From Candidatus Polarisedimenticola svalbardensis (GTDB taxonomy: Bacteria > Acidobacteriota > Polarisedimenticolia > Polarisedimenticolales > Polarisedimenticolaceae), in NCBI GenBank assembly GCA_014764515.1, contig JACXWD010000014.1, positions 122 to 64,121 on the forward strand: DNA of 64,000 nucleotides, in the 5' to 3' direction. The translations under genes and the position numbers were made by a program. Shown piece after piece: positions 9,139-17,880 of the stretch. Below the pieces are notes generated by a model. That model made no database searches and was not told the origin of the DNA. It saw only the letters and a list, made by a program, of their open reading frames with translations. Position 1 is the stretch's first letter, and each line of letters starts with the position of its first letter.

Positions 9139-9621
9139 TCAGTTGCCGCCCTCGGCCTCCTTGGCCGGATCTTCGTCATCAGGGTTCAGAAAAACAACTC
9201 TGTTGTTTTTCCGGGGAGCCGAGACCAGTTCCTCGAGGGACGTCGATTTCAGGATGTCCTCGATGCTTTCCTGAACACGGAACCATACGGCGTTTGCCGG
9301 GCAGTTGGCCGAATGGATGCAGTCCTCGGGATTGGGAACACAGTCGGTGAGCGAGAGCGGCCCTTCGATGGCAACAAGGATATCCAGGAGGGAAATCTCT
9401 TCCGTCGCCCTGGCCAGGGAAAACCCGCCGTTGACCCCGCGAGTCGATCGCAGGAGCTGGGCCCGTACCAGGCTGCGCAGGATCTTGGCCATGAAGCTTG
9501 AGGGGATTTTCTGGGATTCGCAGATTTCACTGCGAAGCACAACCGACTCCTCAGGCAGGGAAGCTATAAAAATCATGCTGCGTATCGCATAATCGCCAGC
9601 GTTGGTCAGTCTCAAGGCCAT
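9139..9621 (-). CDS. Rrf2 family transcriptional regulator with a likely Fe-S-binding Cys triad
   Basis: N-terminal wHTH (MALRLTNAGDYAIRSMIFIA...). Cys cluster CVPNPEDCIHSANC (C-x7-C-x5-C), as in IscR/NsrR-type members. Confidence 0.88.
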   Translation of the reverse strand: MALRLTNAGDYAIRSMIFIASLPEESVVLRSEICESQKIPSSFMAKILRSLVRAQLLRSTRGVNGGFSLARATEEISLLDILVAIEGPLSLTDCVPNPEDCIHSANCPANAVWFRVQESIEDILKSTSLEELVSAPRKNNRVVFLNPDDEDPAKEAEGGN

Positions 9622-9727
9622 TAGTCACCCTCGTAGAAAACAGACCTATTTTGTATGCTTGCCTAGCTAATCTAAGATAGCGCTCTCACCAAATCAAATT
9701 ATACTGATGATCAATGTAGATTTCCTG

Positions 9728-9752
9728 CTTTTTCGCCTTTAAAGCGAAAAAG
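9728..9752. promoter_or_regulatory. Perfect 9-bp inverted repeat (candidate operator) in the AT-rich divergent region
   Basis: CTTTTTCGC (9728-9736), 7 nt containing TTTAAA, then GCGAAAAAG (9744-9752). It lies between the Rrf2 gene and the PAS-LuxR gene. Confidence 0.35.
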
Positions 9753-9800
9753 GACGCAAATTTATCGGATTAATAGGGGTTTGGTGGTTCGGAGGCCCGA

Positions 9801-10436
9801 ATGGACACTCTTAGTTTGGTTAAGACCACCGGTTGCGCCGCGTTCGTGGCCGATGAGGACGGTGTGATCACCGGCTGGAACCCTGCGGCGGAGGAGCTGC
9901 TGGGTCTTCAGGCCGATGAGGTCATCGGCAAATCCTGTTCCGATGTGATTTGCGGAACCGATATATTCGGGAACCGGTTCTGCAATGAAGGCTGCGCCAT
10001 TCAGACCATGGTCCGGAAGGGTGAGGCGGTTCGAAATTTCCAGATCGACGTCCGCGCCGCCGGCGGTGAGCCGTTCCGCATCGGCTTGTGCACTCTGGTG
10101 ATTCGGGAAGAAGGGAAGAACGGCTACCGCCTTGTGCATCTGTTCCAGCCGATGGACCAGGTCGGGCTGCGTGCCATCGCCGGCAGGGCAGGAGCGCAGG
10201 CCAACGGTAACGTCTTGAGGACCGGGACATCGAACCGGCCCGGTTCCAACCTGACGGCGCGGGAACGGGAGGTGCTGTCGTTGTTGGAGTCCGGAGTACC
10301 GACCCAGGGCATGGCGGACTCGATGAAAATCAGCGTCACTACCGTGCGCAACCATATACAGGGCATTCTCAGGAAATTAGGGGCTCACAGCCGACTGGAA
10401 GCAGTCTCCTCGGCTCGACGCCAGGGTCTTATCTGA
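9801..10436 (+). CDS. PAS-domain / LuxR-type HTH transcriptional regulator
   Basis: N-terminal PAS (DEDGVITGWNPAAEELLGLQADEVIGKSC), unusually Cys-rich. C-terminal LuxR HTH (LTAREREVLSLLESG...ISVTTVRNHIQGILRKLG). Confidence 0.85.
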   Translation: MDTLSLVKTTGCAAFVADEDGVITGWNPAAEELLGLQADEVIGKSCSDVICGTDIFGNRFCNEGCAIQTMVRKGEAVRNFQIDVRAAGGEPFRIGLCTLVIREEGKNGYRLVHLFQPMDQVGLRAIAGRAGAQANGNVLRTGTSNRPGSNLTAREREVLSLLESGVPTQGMADSMKISVTTVRNHIQGILRKLGAHSRLEAVSSARRQGLI

Positions 10437-11096
10437 TCAGAGCCTGTCCCGATCCAGAATGATCACTCGACGACCGTCCATCTGGATCGCGCCGTCATGG
10501 GCCATCCTGGCCATGGTCCTGGAGACGATTTCCCGGACCGTGCCGATCCTGGCGGCGATTTCCTGGTTGGTCCAGGTCAGGTCGAAGGTGTCGTCGTCGC
10601 CGGCCATCTCCAGGAAAACCGCAGAAAGACGCTCCCGGACCGCTTTGAGGGAGACTTCCTCCACCAGGGCGACCATCTTGCGAAGCCTGCCTGCAATCGA
10701 GGCGATTACCGCACGGGAAATCTCCGGATGACGGTCCAGCAGCCGATGGAACGTCGATGCGGGAAGTATGAGGACTGCCGCATCTTCAAGGGCGGCGGCG
10801 GAAGCCGGATAGGGGCGGCCGTCGAACAGGGGCAACTCCGCCACCGAACGTCCCGGGCCCTCGATTTCCAGGATCTGTTCCCGGCCCTTGTCCCCGATCT
10901 TGTAAATCTTGACCGCTCCATGGCGCACGACAAACAGCCCCTTGGGGCTGTCACCGTCGAGAAAAAGTACTTCGTTGCGCAGGTAGATCTTCTCGTCCAT
11001 GAGCCCGGCCAACTCCCGCAGCACCGGCTCACCGGCACCCTCTAGAAACGAAACCTGGCCCAGAATCTCAAGTATCGGTTTCATGCCCGGAAGCAT
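10437..11096 (-). CDS. Crp/Fnr family transcriptional regulator
   Basis: cNMP-binding fold (FVVRHGAVKIYKIGDKGREQILEIEGPGRSVAELPLF) plus a C-terminal HTH (NQEIAARIGTVREIVSRTMARM). There is no N-terminal FNR Cys cluster. Confidence 0.88.
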   Translation of the reverse strand: MLPGMKPILEILGQVSFLEGAGEPVLRELAGLMDEKIYLRNEVLFLDGDSPKGLFVVRHGAVKIYKIGDKGREQILEIEGPGRSVAELPLFDGRPYPASAAALEDAAVLILPASTFHRLLDRHPEISRAVIASIAGRLRKMVALVEEVSLKAVRERLSAVFLEMAGDDDTFDLTWTNQEIAARIGTVREIVSRTMARMAHDGAIQMDGRRVIILDRDRL

Positions 11097-11236
11097 GACA
11101 TACCGGCTCCAGGAATAGCCAGGGGTGACCCTGAATCTCCTTTATGGCAGAATGCCGGGGCAGGCACGGTCTTATCCAACTTATCCGGTCCATCCGTCCA
11201 AGGCCCGGGACTGGTCCCGGTGGCACGAGGTGCCAA

Positions 11237-12670
11237 GTGAGCGAAGAACCTAAAAATCTCGAGGAAGAGCCGAACCGGTCGGAACCTTCGGAACCTTCGG
11301 AGCCCGCCGCTCCCGCAGAACCTGAAGCAACGGTAGAGCCGGAAGCGAAGGTAGAACCGGAAGCGAAGGTAGAACCGGAAGCTGAATCGACTGCGGAGGT
11401 CGCAGAGGCTGAAGAGGTTGAGGAAAAGGAGGTTGCCGCCGCCAAGCCTCGGCCCGCACCCAGGAAGCCGGTGGACCCTGCGCTGGCCAGGGCGTACAGA
11501 ACCCACCGGCCGGTGGACGGCAAGGTCGAGTCGGTGATCAAGGGCGGCTTCGAAATCCGTGTCGGCCGCAGCAGGGCGTTCTGCCCGTTCTCCCAGATCG
11601 AGATGCACCGCGCCGATGAGCCGGAACAGCACGTGGGACAGACCTACCCGTTCAAGATCATTCAGTTCCGAAGGGGCGGGGAGGATGTGGTCCTGTCCCG
11701 TCGCGCTCTGCTGGAGGATGCGAACCAGGAAGAGGCCAAGGCGGTTAGGGCGACCCTGATAGAAGGCGCCATGATGCAGGGCCATGTTGCGGGAGTCGCC
11801 GATTTTGGTGCGTTCATCGATCTTGGCGCCGGCGTTCAGGGTCTGGTTCATATCTCCGAACTATCCCATTCCCGGGTCACGCGGGTCGGGGACGCGGTGA
11901 AGACCGGACAGACCGTGCAGGTCAAGATCCTGAAGATCCATGACAAGGGCGGCAAGATCTCGCTGAGCATCCGCCAGGCCCAGGAAGATCCATGGAATGA
12001 AGCGGAAACCCGATTCGCGGTCGGATCGCGATACACGGGCACCGTACGACGGCTGGCCGATTTCGGCGCCTTCGTGGAAATGTCCCCCGGACTCGAGGCG
12101 CTGGCCCCGGCCCGTGAGTTCCCGCCCAGGGAACAGGAATGGACCGACTGGTTGAAGCCGGGAACGGAACGGGAATGGATCGTCCTTGCCGTGGACACTT
12201 CCCGCAGACGCATGTCGATCCTTCCGGCGGTGGACGGTATGCCTGAAGCCACCATGGCCATTGAGCCGGGAGTCGAATTGACCGGCCTTGTTCAGAAGAT
12301 TGAACGGTTCGGCGTATTCGTATGGCTCGCACCGGGGAAGGTGGGGCTGATGCCGACGGCGTTCACCGGCATACCCCAGGGCAGCCGCATGGACAGCCAT
12401 TTCAAGATAGGCCAGGAAGTGCCGGTGGAGGTTCTGGATATCGCCGACGGCGGCCGCAGGATCCGCCTCGCCGCCCAGGGCGACGGGGTTGCCCGCGCCC
12501 GCGCCGAGGCCGAGAAGCCGGAAGGGGACAGGCGGCAGCGGTCGGATCGGCCCGAGGGGCGGGACCGGTCGCCCGACAGGGGCGACCAGGTCCGTGAGGA
12601 AGACCAGGGGACGTTCGGAACATCCATGGCCGACCTGCTCAAGGCGGCTCTCGACAAGAAGAAGCCCTGA
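11237..12670 (+). CDS. S1 RNA-binding domain protein (four S1 repeats) with an acidic low-complexity N-terminus and a basic C-tail
   Basis: Start moved to GTG 11237 (GAGG 7 nt upstream). The ORF-track start at 11144 would leave only 47 nt (11097-11143) for divergent promoters. There are repeated S1 cores (GxV..V..FGAF.., e.g. GHVAGVADFGAFIDL, GTVRRLADFGAFVEM, GLVQKIERFGVFVWL). Confidence 0.8.
   Translation: MSEEPKNLEEEPNRSEPSEPSEPAAPAEPEATVEPEAKVEPEAKVEPEAESTAEVAEAEEVEEKEVAAAKPRPAPRKPVDPALARAYRTHRPVDGKVESVIKGGFEIRVGRSRAFCPFSQIEMHRADEPEQHVGQTYPFKIIQFRRGGEDVVLSRRALLEDANQEEAKAVRATLIEGAMMQGHVAGVADFGAFIDLGAGVQGLVHISELSHSRVTRVGDAVKTGQTVQVKILKIHDKGGKISLSIRQAQEDPWNEAETRFAVGSRYTGTVRRLADFGAFVEMSPGLEALAPAREFPPREQEWTDWLKPGTEREWIVLAVDTSRRRMSILPAVDGMPEATMAIEPGVELTGLVQKIERFGVFVWLAPGKVGLMPTAFTGIPQGSRMDSHFKIGQEVPVEVLDIADGGRRIRLAAQGDGVARARAEAEKPEGDRRQRSDRPEGRDRSPDRGDQVREEDQGTFGTSMADLLKAALDKKKP
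11323..11386 (+). repeat. About 3.5 copies of an 18-bp in-frame tandem repeat encoding (E-A-K/T-V-E-P)n
   Basis: GGAAGCGAAGGTAGAACC at 11341-11358 is repeated exactly at 11359-11376, flanked by degenerate copies. A shorter GGAACCTTC x2 repeat lies at 11281-11298. Confidence 0.85.
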
Positions 12671-12673
12671 TCT

Positions 12674-13105
12674 CTACTCCTCGCTGATCGCGACCTTCAC
12701 CATTTCGTCGTTCTGGCGGATGGCGTTGACGACGTCCTGTCCGTCCAGAACCTTGCCGAACACCGCGTGCTTGCCGTCCAGCCACGCCGTGGCGCCGTGG
12801 GTGATGAAAAACTGGCTGCCGTTGGTGTTGGGGCCGGCGTTGGCCATGGACAGAGACCCCGGGCCGTCGTGCTTCAGGTCGGCGTGGAACTCGTCATCGA
12901 ACTTGTAACCTGCATCTCCCATGCCGTTCCCGTTGGGACAGCCGGTCTGGATCATGAAGTCGTCGATCACACGGTGAAACTTCAGGCTGTCGTAAAACCC
13001 CTGGGACGCAAGCTTCTCGAAGTTCGCCACGGTCTTGGGAGCCTTGTCGGCGTGGAGTTCCAGTCGGATCGTTCCTTTACTGGTTTCAATGGTCGCAATT
13101 TTCAT
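12674..13105 (-). CDS. ppiB: Cyclophilin-type peptidyl-prolyl cis-trans isomerase
   Basis: 143 aa. [29 protein letters not shown] and HAVFGKV are signature cyclophilin segments. Confidence 0.95.
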   Translation of the reverse strand: MKIATIETSKGTIRLELHADKAPKTVANFEKLASQGFYDSLKFHRVIDDFMIQTGCPNGNGMGDAGYKFDDEFHADLKHDGPGSLSMANAGPNTNGSQFFITHGATAWLDGKHAVFGKVLDGQDVVNAIRQNDEMVKVAISEE

Positions 13106-13132
13106 GGTCTTACCCTTTCCGGGCGGAGAAGC

Positions 13133-16100
13133 TCATAGGTTCCCGCCCTTGAACGCTTCGTCAATAAGTTTCTTCTGTTCCGCGAGGTGCATACGGAACG
13201 AGCCGGTTCCCGGACTTGCGGATCGTCTTCGCCCGCAATAAGACAGGCGAAGATTCGGACCGAGGTTGTCCCGGAGCCTCTCCTGCATGAAGCTCCAGCC
13301 ACCCATGTTGCGAGGCTCCTCCTGAACCCAGGCGAACTCCCTGGCATCGCCATACGAGTCAAGGACCTGCAGCAACCGTTCTCCCGGGAACGGGTAGAAC
13401 TGTTCCACCCGGATGACGGCGATGTCGTCGATGCCGGCTTGCTCCCGGTGCTCGATGAGGTCGTAATACACCTTGCCGGAGCACATCAGGACACGACGGA
13501 TTCCATCCCGGCTCACCGGGTCGTCCAGCACCTCGTTGAATCCGGCCTCGCCGACGAAATCGGCGGCCTCGGACACCGCCACAGGGTGTCGCAGGATGCT
13601 CTTGGGAGTCAGAACGACCAGAGGGGTCGGGTTATCGAGACCGGCCTGCCTCCGCAGCAAATGGAAATACTGGGCCGGTGTGGAGGGGTAGGTGACCTGC
13701 ATGTTGCCCGAGGCGCACAACTGGAGAAACCGTTCCAGCCGGGCGCTGGAGTGCTCCGGTCCCTGGCCTTCCGAGGCGTGGGGCAGGAGCATGACGATCC
13801 CCGAGGACTGGCCCCACTTGGCCTGGGCGCTGGCGATGAACTGGTCGATGATGACCTGGGCCCCGTTGGCGAAGTCTCCGAACTGCGCCTCCCACATCAC
13901 CAGGGCGCTGGTGTGCTGCACGCTGTACCCGTACTCGAACCCGAGGACGGCGAACTCGGAAAGCAGGCTGTCGAACACCTGAAAAGACGCCTGATCCGGA
14001 GAGAGATTCGCCAGGGGACAGTAAGGCCGTCCATCCCGGTGATCGTAGAGGATCGCATGGCGCTGACTGAACGTCCCCCGGCCCGAATCCTCACCGGAGA
14101 GTCTCACCGGTACCCCTTCAAGGACCAGTGTGCCGAAGGCGAACGCCTCCGCCAGAGCCCAGTCGATCCTGCCCTGTTCCAGGCGCTCTCGCCGGCGGGC
14201 AAGCTGCCGGGCCAGCTTGGGGTGAGGTTCGAAACCGGCGGTCTCGGCGGCGAGGCCGTCCATGACCTGTTCCAGGAGTTCCGGCGCCACGGCGGTGGCT
14301 TTCCCTGGCCGGGCGGCGCCTTCCACCGACTCATGGTCGTCGGAGGCCTCCGGTTCGGTTCGGTCCAGTGCGGCCTTGACCGCATCCTGAACTTCGGAAA
14401 GGCGGTTCCTGAAATCTTCAAGTGCTGTTTCAGCGGTTTCGATGTCGAGCACTTCCCGGCGCAGGAGCTGCTCGGTATAAAGCATGCGGACCGAGCGATG
14501 ATTTTCGATTTTGGAGTAGAGAGTCGGGTGGGTGTAGGCCGGTTCGTCGGCTTCGTTGTGTCCCCAGCGACGGTAGCAGAGCATGTCCACCACCACGTCG
14601 CGGTTGAAGCGCTGGCGGTATTCAAGAGCGAGGCGAAGGGTGCGGACCACATCCTCGGGGTAGTCGCCGTTGACGTGGAAAATCGGCGCCTTGACCGCCT
14701 TGGCGGTATCGGTGGAATACATCGAGGATCTGGCGTCCTTCGGTCCGGTAGTGAAGCCGATCTGGTTGTTGACCACGATGTGGACGGTGCCGCCTGTTCG
14801 GTAGCCGCTGAGCTGGGAGAGGTTGAGGGTTTCCGCAACCACGCCCTGGCCGGCGAATGCGGCGTCGCCGTGGATCAGAATCGGCAGCACGACCTCATGG
14901 CGGCTGTCGCCCAGGTTGTCCTGTCGCGCCCGGACCATCCCTTCAACCACCGGATCTACGGCCTCCAGATGGCTCGGATTGGATGCCAGGATCAGCCGGA
15001 CCGTTTTACCGTCCGGCGCCGTATGCTCGCCTTCAAAGCCCAGGTGGTAGATCACGTCGCCGGAGCCGTGGCTCAGGGTCGGGTCGAGATCGCCTTCGAA
15101 TTTCCGGAATATGCGGTCGTAGGACATGCCGATGATATTGGCCAGGACGTTGAGTCGGCCGCGGTGGGCCATGCCGATGACCGCCTCCCGGATCCCCCGG
15201 CCGGCGGCGTCGGACAACAGGGCGTCCAGCACCGCGATCAGGGAGTCGGCGCCTTCCAGTGAGAACCGCTTGTGGCCGACGTAGGAAGTGTGCAGAAAGC
15301 GCTCAAACGCTTCGGCGGCGTTCAACTTCCTCAGGACCTGCTTCTGGGCCTCGAAGTCCAGCGTTTCTTCGTTCCGGCTGCTCTCCATACGCTGCTGGAG
15401 CCAGGCCCGGGGCGCCGGTTCGGGAATATGCATGAACTCCACGCCGATATGCCGGCAGTAGGTGTCCCGCAGGTTGTCCATGATGTCCCGGAGCGGCGTC
15501 CACGTGTGTTCCTGGGACGGACTTCCAACCAGGAACCGCCGATCCAGATCCCAGACGCTGAGACCGTAATGGGACATCTCCAGCTCTTCGTGTGGCTCCG
15601 GGTGGTAACCCATCGGATCCAGGTCGGCCCACAGATGGCCGCGCACACGATAGGAACGCAGCAACTGCACCACGCCGTTCTGCTTGCGGATCTCCTCGGC
15701 GGCGTCGCCGCCGCCGCCTAACTGGGGCCTGAAGTCGCCGGCCCAGTCGAACGGTTCGTACGGTATGGAAAGTTGCTGGAACAGGTGGTGGTAGAACCGT
15801 TCCTGCCCCATGATCATTTTTTCGATGTCGGACAGGAACGTCCCGGACTCGGCGCCCTGGATGATGCGGTGGTCATAGGTGCTGCTCACCGCCATGATCT
15901 TGCTGATCCCCATGGCGGAGATCCGCTCAGTATCCATTCCTGCGAATTCGGCCGGGTAACCGATGCTTCCGATGCCGATAATGGCGCCCTGTCCTTCCAT
16001 CAACCTGGGAACCGAAGTGGCGGTCCCCAACATACCCGGGTTGGTGAGGGTGACGGTGGTGCCCTGGAAGTCTTCCACGGCCAGCCTGTTCTGCCGGGCC

Positions 16101-16675
16101 CGAAGCACCAGGTCGTTATAAGCGGATACGAAGGAAGGGAAGTCCAGGGTGGCGGCGTCGCGGATGCACGGTACGAGAAGGATGCGGCGGCCCTTGCGCT
16201 CCAGATCGATAGCCAGGCCAAGGTTGACCTCGTCACGGTGAAGGCGGTGGGGTTTTCCGTCGGCTTCCAGGTAGCCGGAGTTCAGCACCGGATGTTTCAC
16301 CAGGCACCGGACGATCGCCCATGCGATCAGGTGCGTGAAGGAGATCTTGGGCCCGGCGATGGTGGCCTGATGGTGGTTGATCAGTCTGCGATTCTCTTCC
16401 AGAAGCTTGACCGGCACCGATCGCACCGATGTAGCTGTCGGTACGGCGAGGCTGGCGACCATGTTTTCCACGATCCTGGACGAGATCCCGATAATCGGTT
16501 CGGCCTCCGGCGGGATCGGGGTCGGCGGCTCCTGGGAGGGTGCCGGCGCCGTCACGCCCTGCGGGCGGAATCCGTGGAAAAACTCCTGCCAGGCCTCACT
16601 TACGGAGGAAGGATCGTCACGGTAACGGGCAAATAACTCGTCAACGTATCCCAGATTTGAACCGAATGTGCTCAT
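13133..16675 (-). CDS. odhA: 2-oxoglutarate dehydrogenase E1 component fused to an N-terminal E2-type acyltransferase catalytic domain (OdhA/Kgd architecture)
   Basis: Start moved to ATG 16675 (MSTFGSNLGYVDELFARYRDDP, the typical SucA N-terminus). The E2 catalytic core has its active-site motif STYDHRIIQGAESG (D/H codons at 15869-15874). A full E1o region follows (GMAHRGRLNVL, HGDAAFAGQG, TPP motifs). No lipoyl domain is visible. Confidence 0.9.
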   Translation of the reverse strand: MSTFGSNLGYVDELFARYRDDPSSVSEAWQEFFHGFRPQGVTAPAPSQEPPTPIPPEAEPIIGISSRIVENMVASLAVPTATSVRSVPVKLLEENRRLINHHQATIAGPKISFTHLIAWAIVRCLVKHPVLNSGYLEADGKPHRLHRDEVNLGLAIDLERKGRRILLVPCIRDAATLDFPSFVSAYNDLVLRARQNRLAVEDFQGTTVTLTNPGMLGTATSVPRLMEGQGAIIGIGSIGYPAEFAGMDTERISAMGISKIMAVSSTYDHRIIQGAESGTFLSDIEKMIMGQERFYHHLFQQLSIPYEPFDWAGDFRPQLGGGGDAAEEIRKQNGVVQLLRSYRVRGHLWADLDPMGYHPEPHEELEMSHYGLSVWDLDRRFLVGSPSQEHTWTPLRDIMDNLRDTYCRHIGVEFMHIPEPAPRAWLQQRMESSRNEETLDFEAQKQVLRKLNAAEAFERFLHTSYVGHKRFSLEGADSLIAVLDALLSDAAGRGIREAVIGMAHRGRLNVLANIIGMSYDRIFRKFEGDLDPTLSHGSGDVIYHLGFEGEHTAPDGKTVRLILASNPSHLEAVDPVVEGMVRARQDNLGDSRHEVVLPILIHGDAAFAGQGVVAETLNLSQLSGYRTGGTVHIVVNNQIGFTTGPKDARSSMYSTDTAKAVKAPIFHVNGDYPEDVVRTLRLALEYRQRFNRDVVVDMLCYRRWGHNEADEPAYTHPTLYSKIENHRSVRMLYTEQLLRREVLDIETAETALEDFRNRLSEVQDAVKAALDRTEPEASDDHESVEGAARPGKATAVAPELLEQVMDGLAAETAGFEPHPKLARQLARRRERLEQGRIDWALAEAFAFGTLVLEGVPVRLSGEDSGRGTFSQRHAILYDHRDGRPYCPLANLSPDQASFQVFDSLLSEFAVLGFEYGYSVQHTSALVMWEAQFGDFANGAQVIIDQFIASAQAKWGQSSGIVMLLPHASEGQGPEHSSARLERFLQLCASGNMQVTYPSTPAQYFHLLRRQAGLDNPTPLVVLTPKSILRHPVAVSEAADFVGEAGFNEVLDDPVSRDGIRRVLMCSGKVYYDLIEHREQAGIDDIAVIRVEQFYPFPGERLLQVLDSYGDAREFAWVQEEPRNMGGWSFMQERLRDNLGPNLRLSYCGRRRSASPGTGSFRMHLAEQKKLIDEAFKGGNL

Positions 16676-16733
16676 GGTCCCGCCATCGTAGCAGGCTGCG
16701 GAAGGGTACACTGTGGACGGAAGGAGAATTCTC

Positions 16734-17801
16734 TTGAAACCGAGCGTCATGTTCGCCTGTCTGGTCATTTTGTTTGTCGCCTGTTCCGATCCGGTCCGGC
16801 TGGAGCGCCGCTGGACGGTGATGGGGACCTACGCAGAGGCTGAAATCAACGCGTTTGATGCGAAAAGCGCAGAGAACATGATGGAGAAGGTCCGCTCGGC
16901 CTTCGAAAGAGTCGACTCCGAGATGAGCAACTGGAAGAAGGACTCCCTGCTGAACCAGGTTAACCGGGACGCCAGAAAAGGGCCGGTAAAGGTCCCTTCT
17001 GCAGATCTCTACCGCTGTATCCGCCTGGCTTATGAATATGCCAAGAATACCGACGGTGCGTTCGACCCGACGGTGGGGAGGCTGGTGCAGGCCTACGGCT
17101 TCCGGCCGGTTCGGCCCAGGGTCCCGGGTGAGGACGAGCTGGCGACGGCACTGGGCCACTCCGGCTGGGAAAAGCTCCGTGTCTTCCCCGAATCCATGTC
17201 GGTGAGCTATCTCGACTCCCGGCTGGAAGTGGACCTTGGAGGGATTGCCAAGGGCTATGCCGTTGATGTCGCGGCGCGGAATTTCGCCCTGCCGGGGGTT
17301 CGATCAGGCCTCATGGACCTGGGAGGAACGGTGTACGCATGGGGGGTTCCGGAGGAAGGTGCGGAATGGCAGGTCGGCATCCGGGATCCCGAGCTTCCGG
17401 ACGGTTCCATGGGGACCATCCTCCTGCAGAACCGGGCGGTGGCGACTTCGGCGATCTACGAAAATTCGTTCACGGTGGACGGAGTGACCTACGGCCACAT
17501 CCTCGATCCCCGGACCGGGCGTCCGGCAGAGACCGATATCATCGCAGCCTCCGTGATCAGCGACAGCGCCGCCGAGGCCGATGCACTGAGCACCGCCTTC
17601 TTCGTGGCCGGCTCCCAGGAGTCTGCGACCATGCTCCAGCGGGCCAGGCGGATCGAAGCGATCCTGCTGGTTAGAGGGGATGAGGGGCCGGTGCTGATAG
17701 TGTCCGCTTCCCTGAGAAATCGGTTCACCGTCGATCCCGGGTTCGCCTCACGGATCGACGGGCGGGTGCGGTTCATTTTGCCCCCGACAGCTCTCGATTA
17801 G
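16734..17801 (+). CDS. apbE: FAD:protein FMN transferase (ApbE family), probable lipoprotein
   Basis: Likely TTG start at 16734, 7 nt after AAGGAG (16721-16726). Signal with a lipobox-like FVAC. GGIAKGYAVD and the HILDPRTG motif are present. The ORF-track start is 16713. Confidence 0.85.
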   Translation: MKPSVMFACLVILFVACSDPVRLERRWTVMGTYAEAEINAFDAKSAENMMEKVRSAFERVDSEMSNWKKDSLLNQVNRDARKGPVKVPSADLYRCIRLAYEYAKNTDGAFDPTVGRLVQAYGFRPVRPRVPGEDELATALGHSGWEKLRVFPESMSVSYLDSRLEVDLGGIAKGYAVDVAARNFALPGVRSGLMDLGGTVYAWGVPEEGAEWQVGIRDPELPDGSMGTILLQNRAVATSAIYENSFTVDGVTYGHILDPRTGRPAETDIIAASVISDSAAEADALSTAFFVAGSQESATMLQRARRIEAILLVRGDEGPVLIVSASLRNRFTVDPGFASRIDGRVRFILPPTALD

Positions 17802-17833
17802 GGGCCTGACGGCTCTGCAGCCGTTTGCTACAC

Positions 17834-17875
17834 TGCCTCCTTACTTATCCTGTCTGCCCGACAGTCACGGAGGCA
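17834..17875 (+). promoter_or_regulatory. Leader hairpin that sequesters the Shine-Dalgarno of the downstream ALDH gene
   Basis: TGCCTCC (17834-17840) pairs with GGAGGCA (17869-17875, which contains the SD GGAGG 6 nt before the ATG at 17881). An inner stem is CTGTC (17850-17854) / GACAG (17860-17864). Confidence 0.4.
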
Positions 17876-17880
17876 CCCCG

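Noticed and set aside
11281-11386. Short direct repeats that might suggest a CRISPR-like or other repeat array.
   Set aside because: The units are contiguous with no spacers. They are in-frame inside a CDS and only 9-18 bp long, so this is a coding tandem repeat and not a CRISPR array.
13187-15262. A 691-aa ORF antisense to the 2-oxoglutarate dehydrogenase gene. Similar long antisense ORFs lie at 153-1283, 2531-4081, 28650-29966, 42385-44172, 50047-51357 and 62199-63674.
   Set aside because: Their translations are Arg/Gly/Pro/His-rich low-complexity strings with no motifs. Each lies entirely inside a confidently identified gene on the other strand. In GC-rich genomes with GC3-biased codons, the antisense frames are depleted of stop codons by chance.
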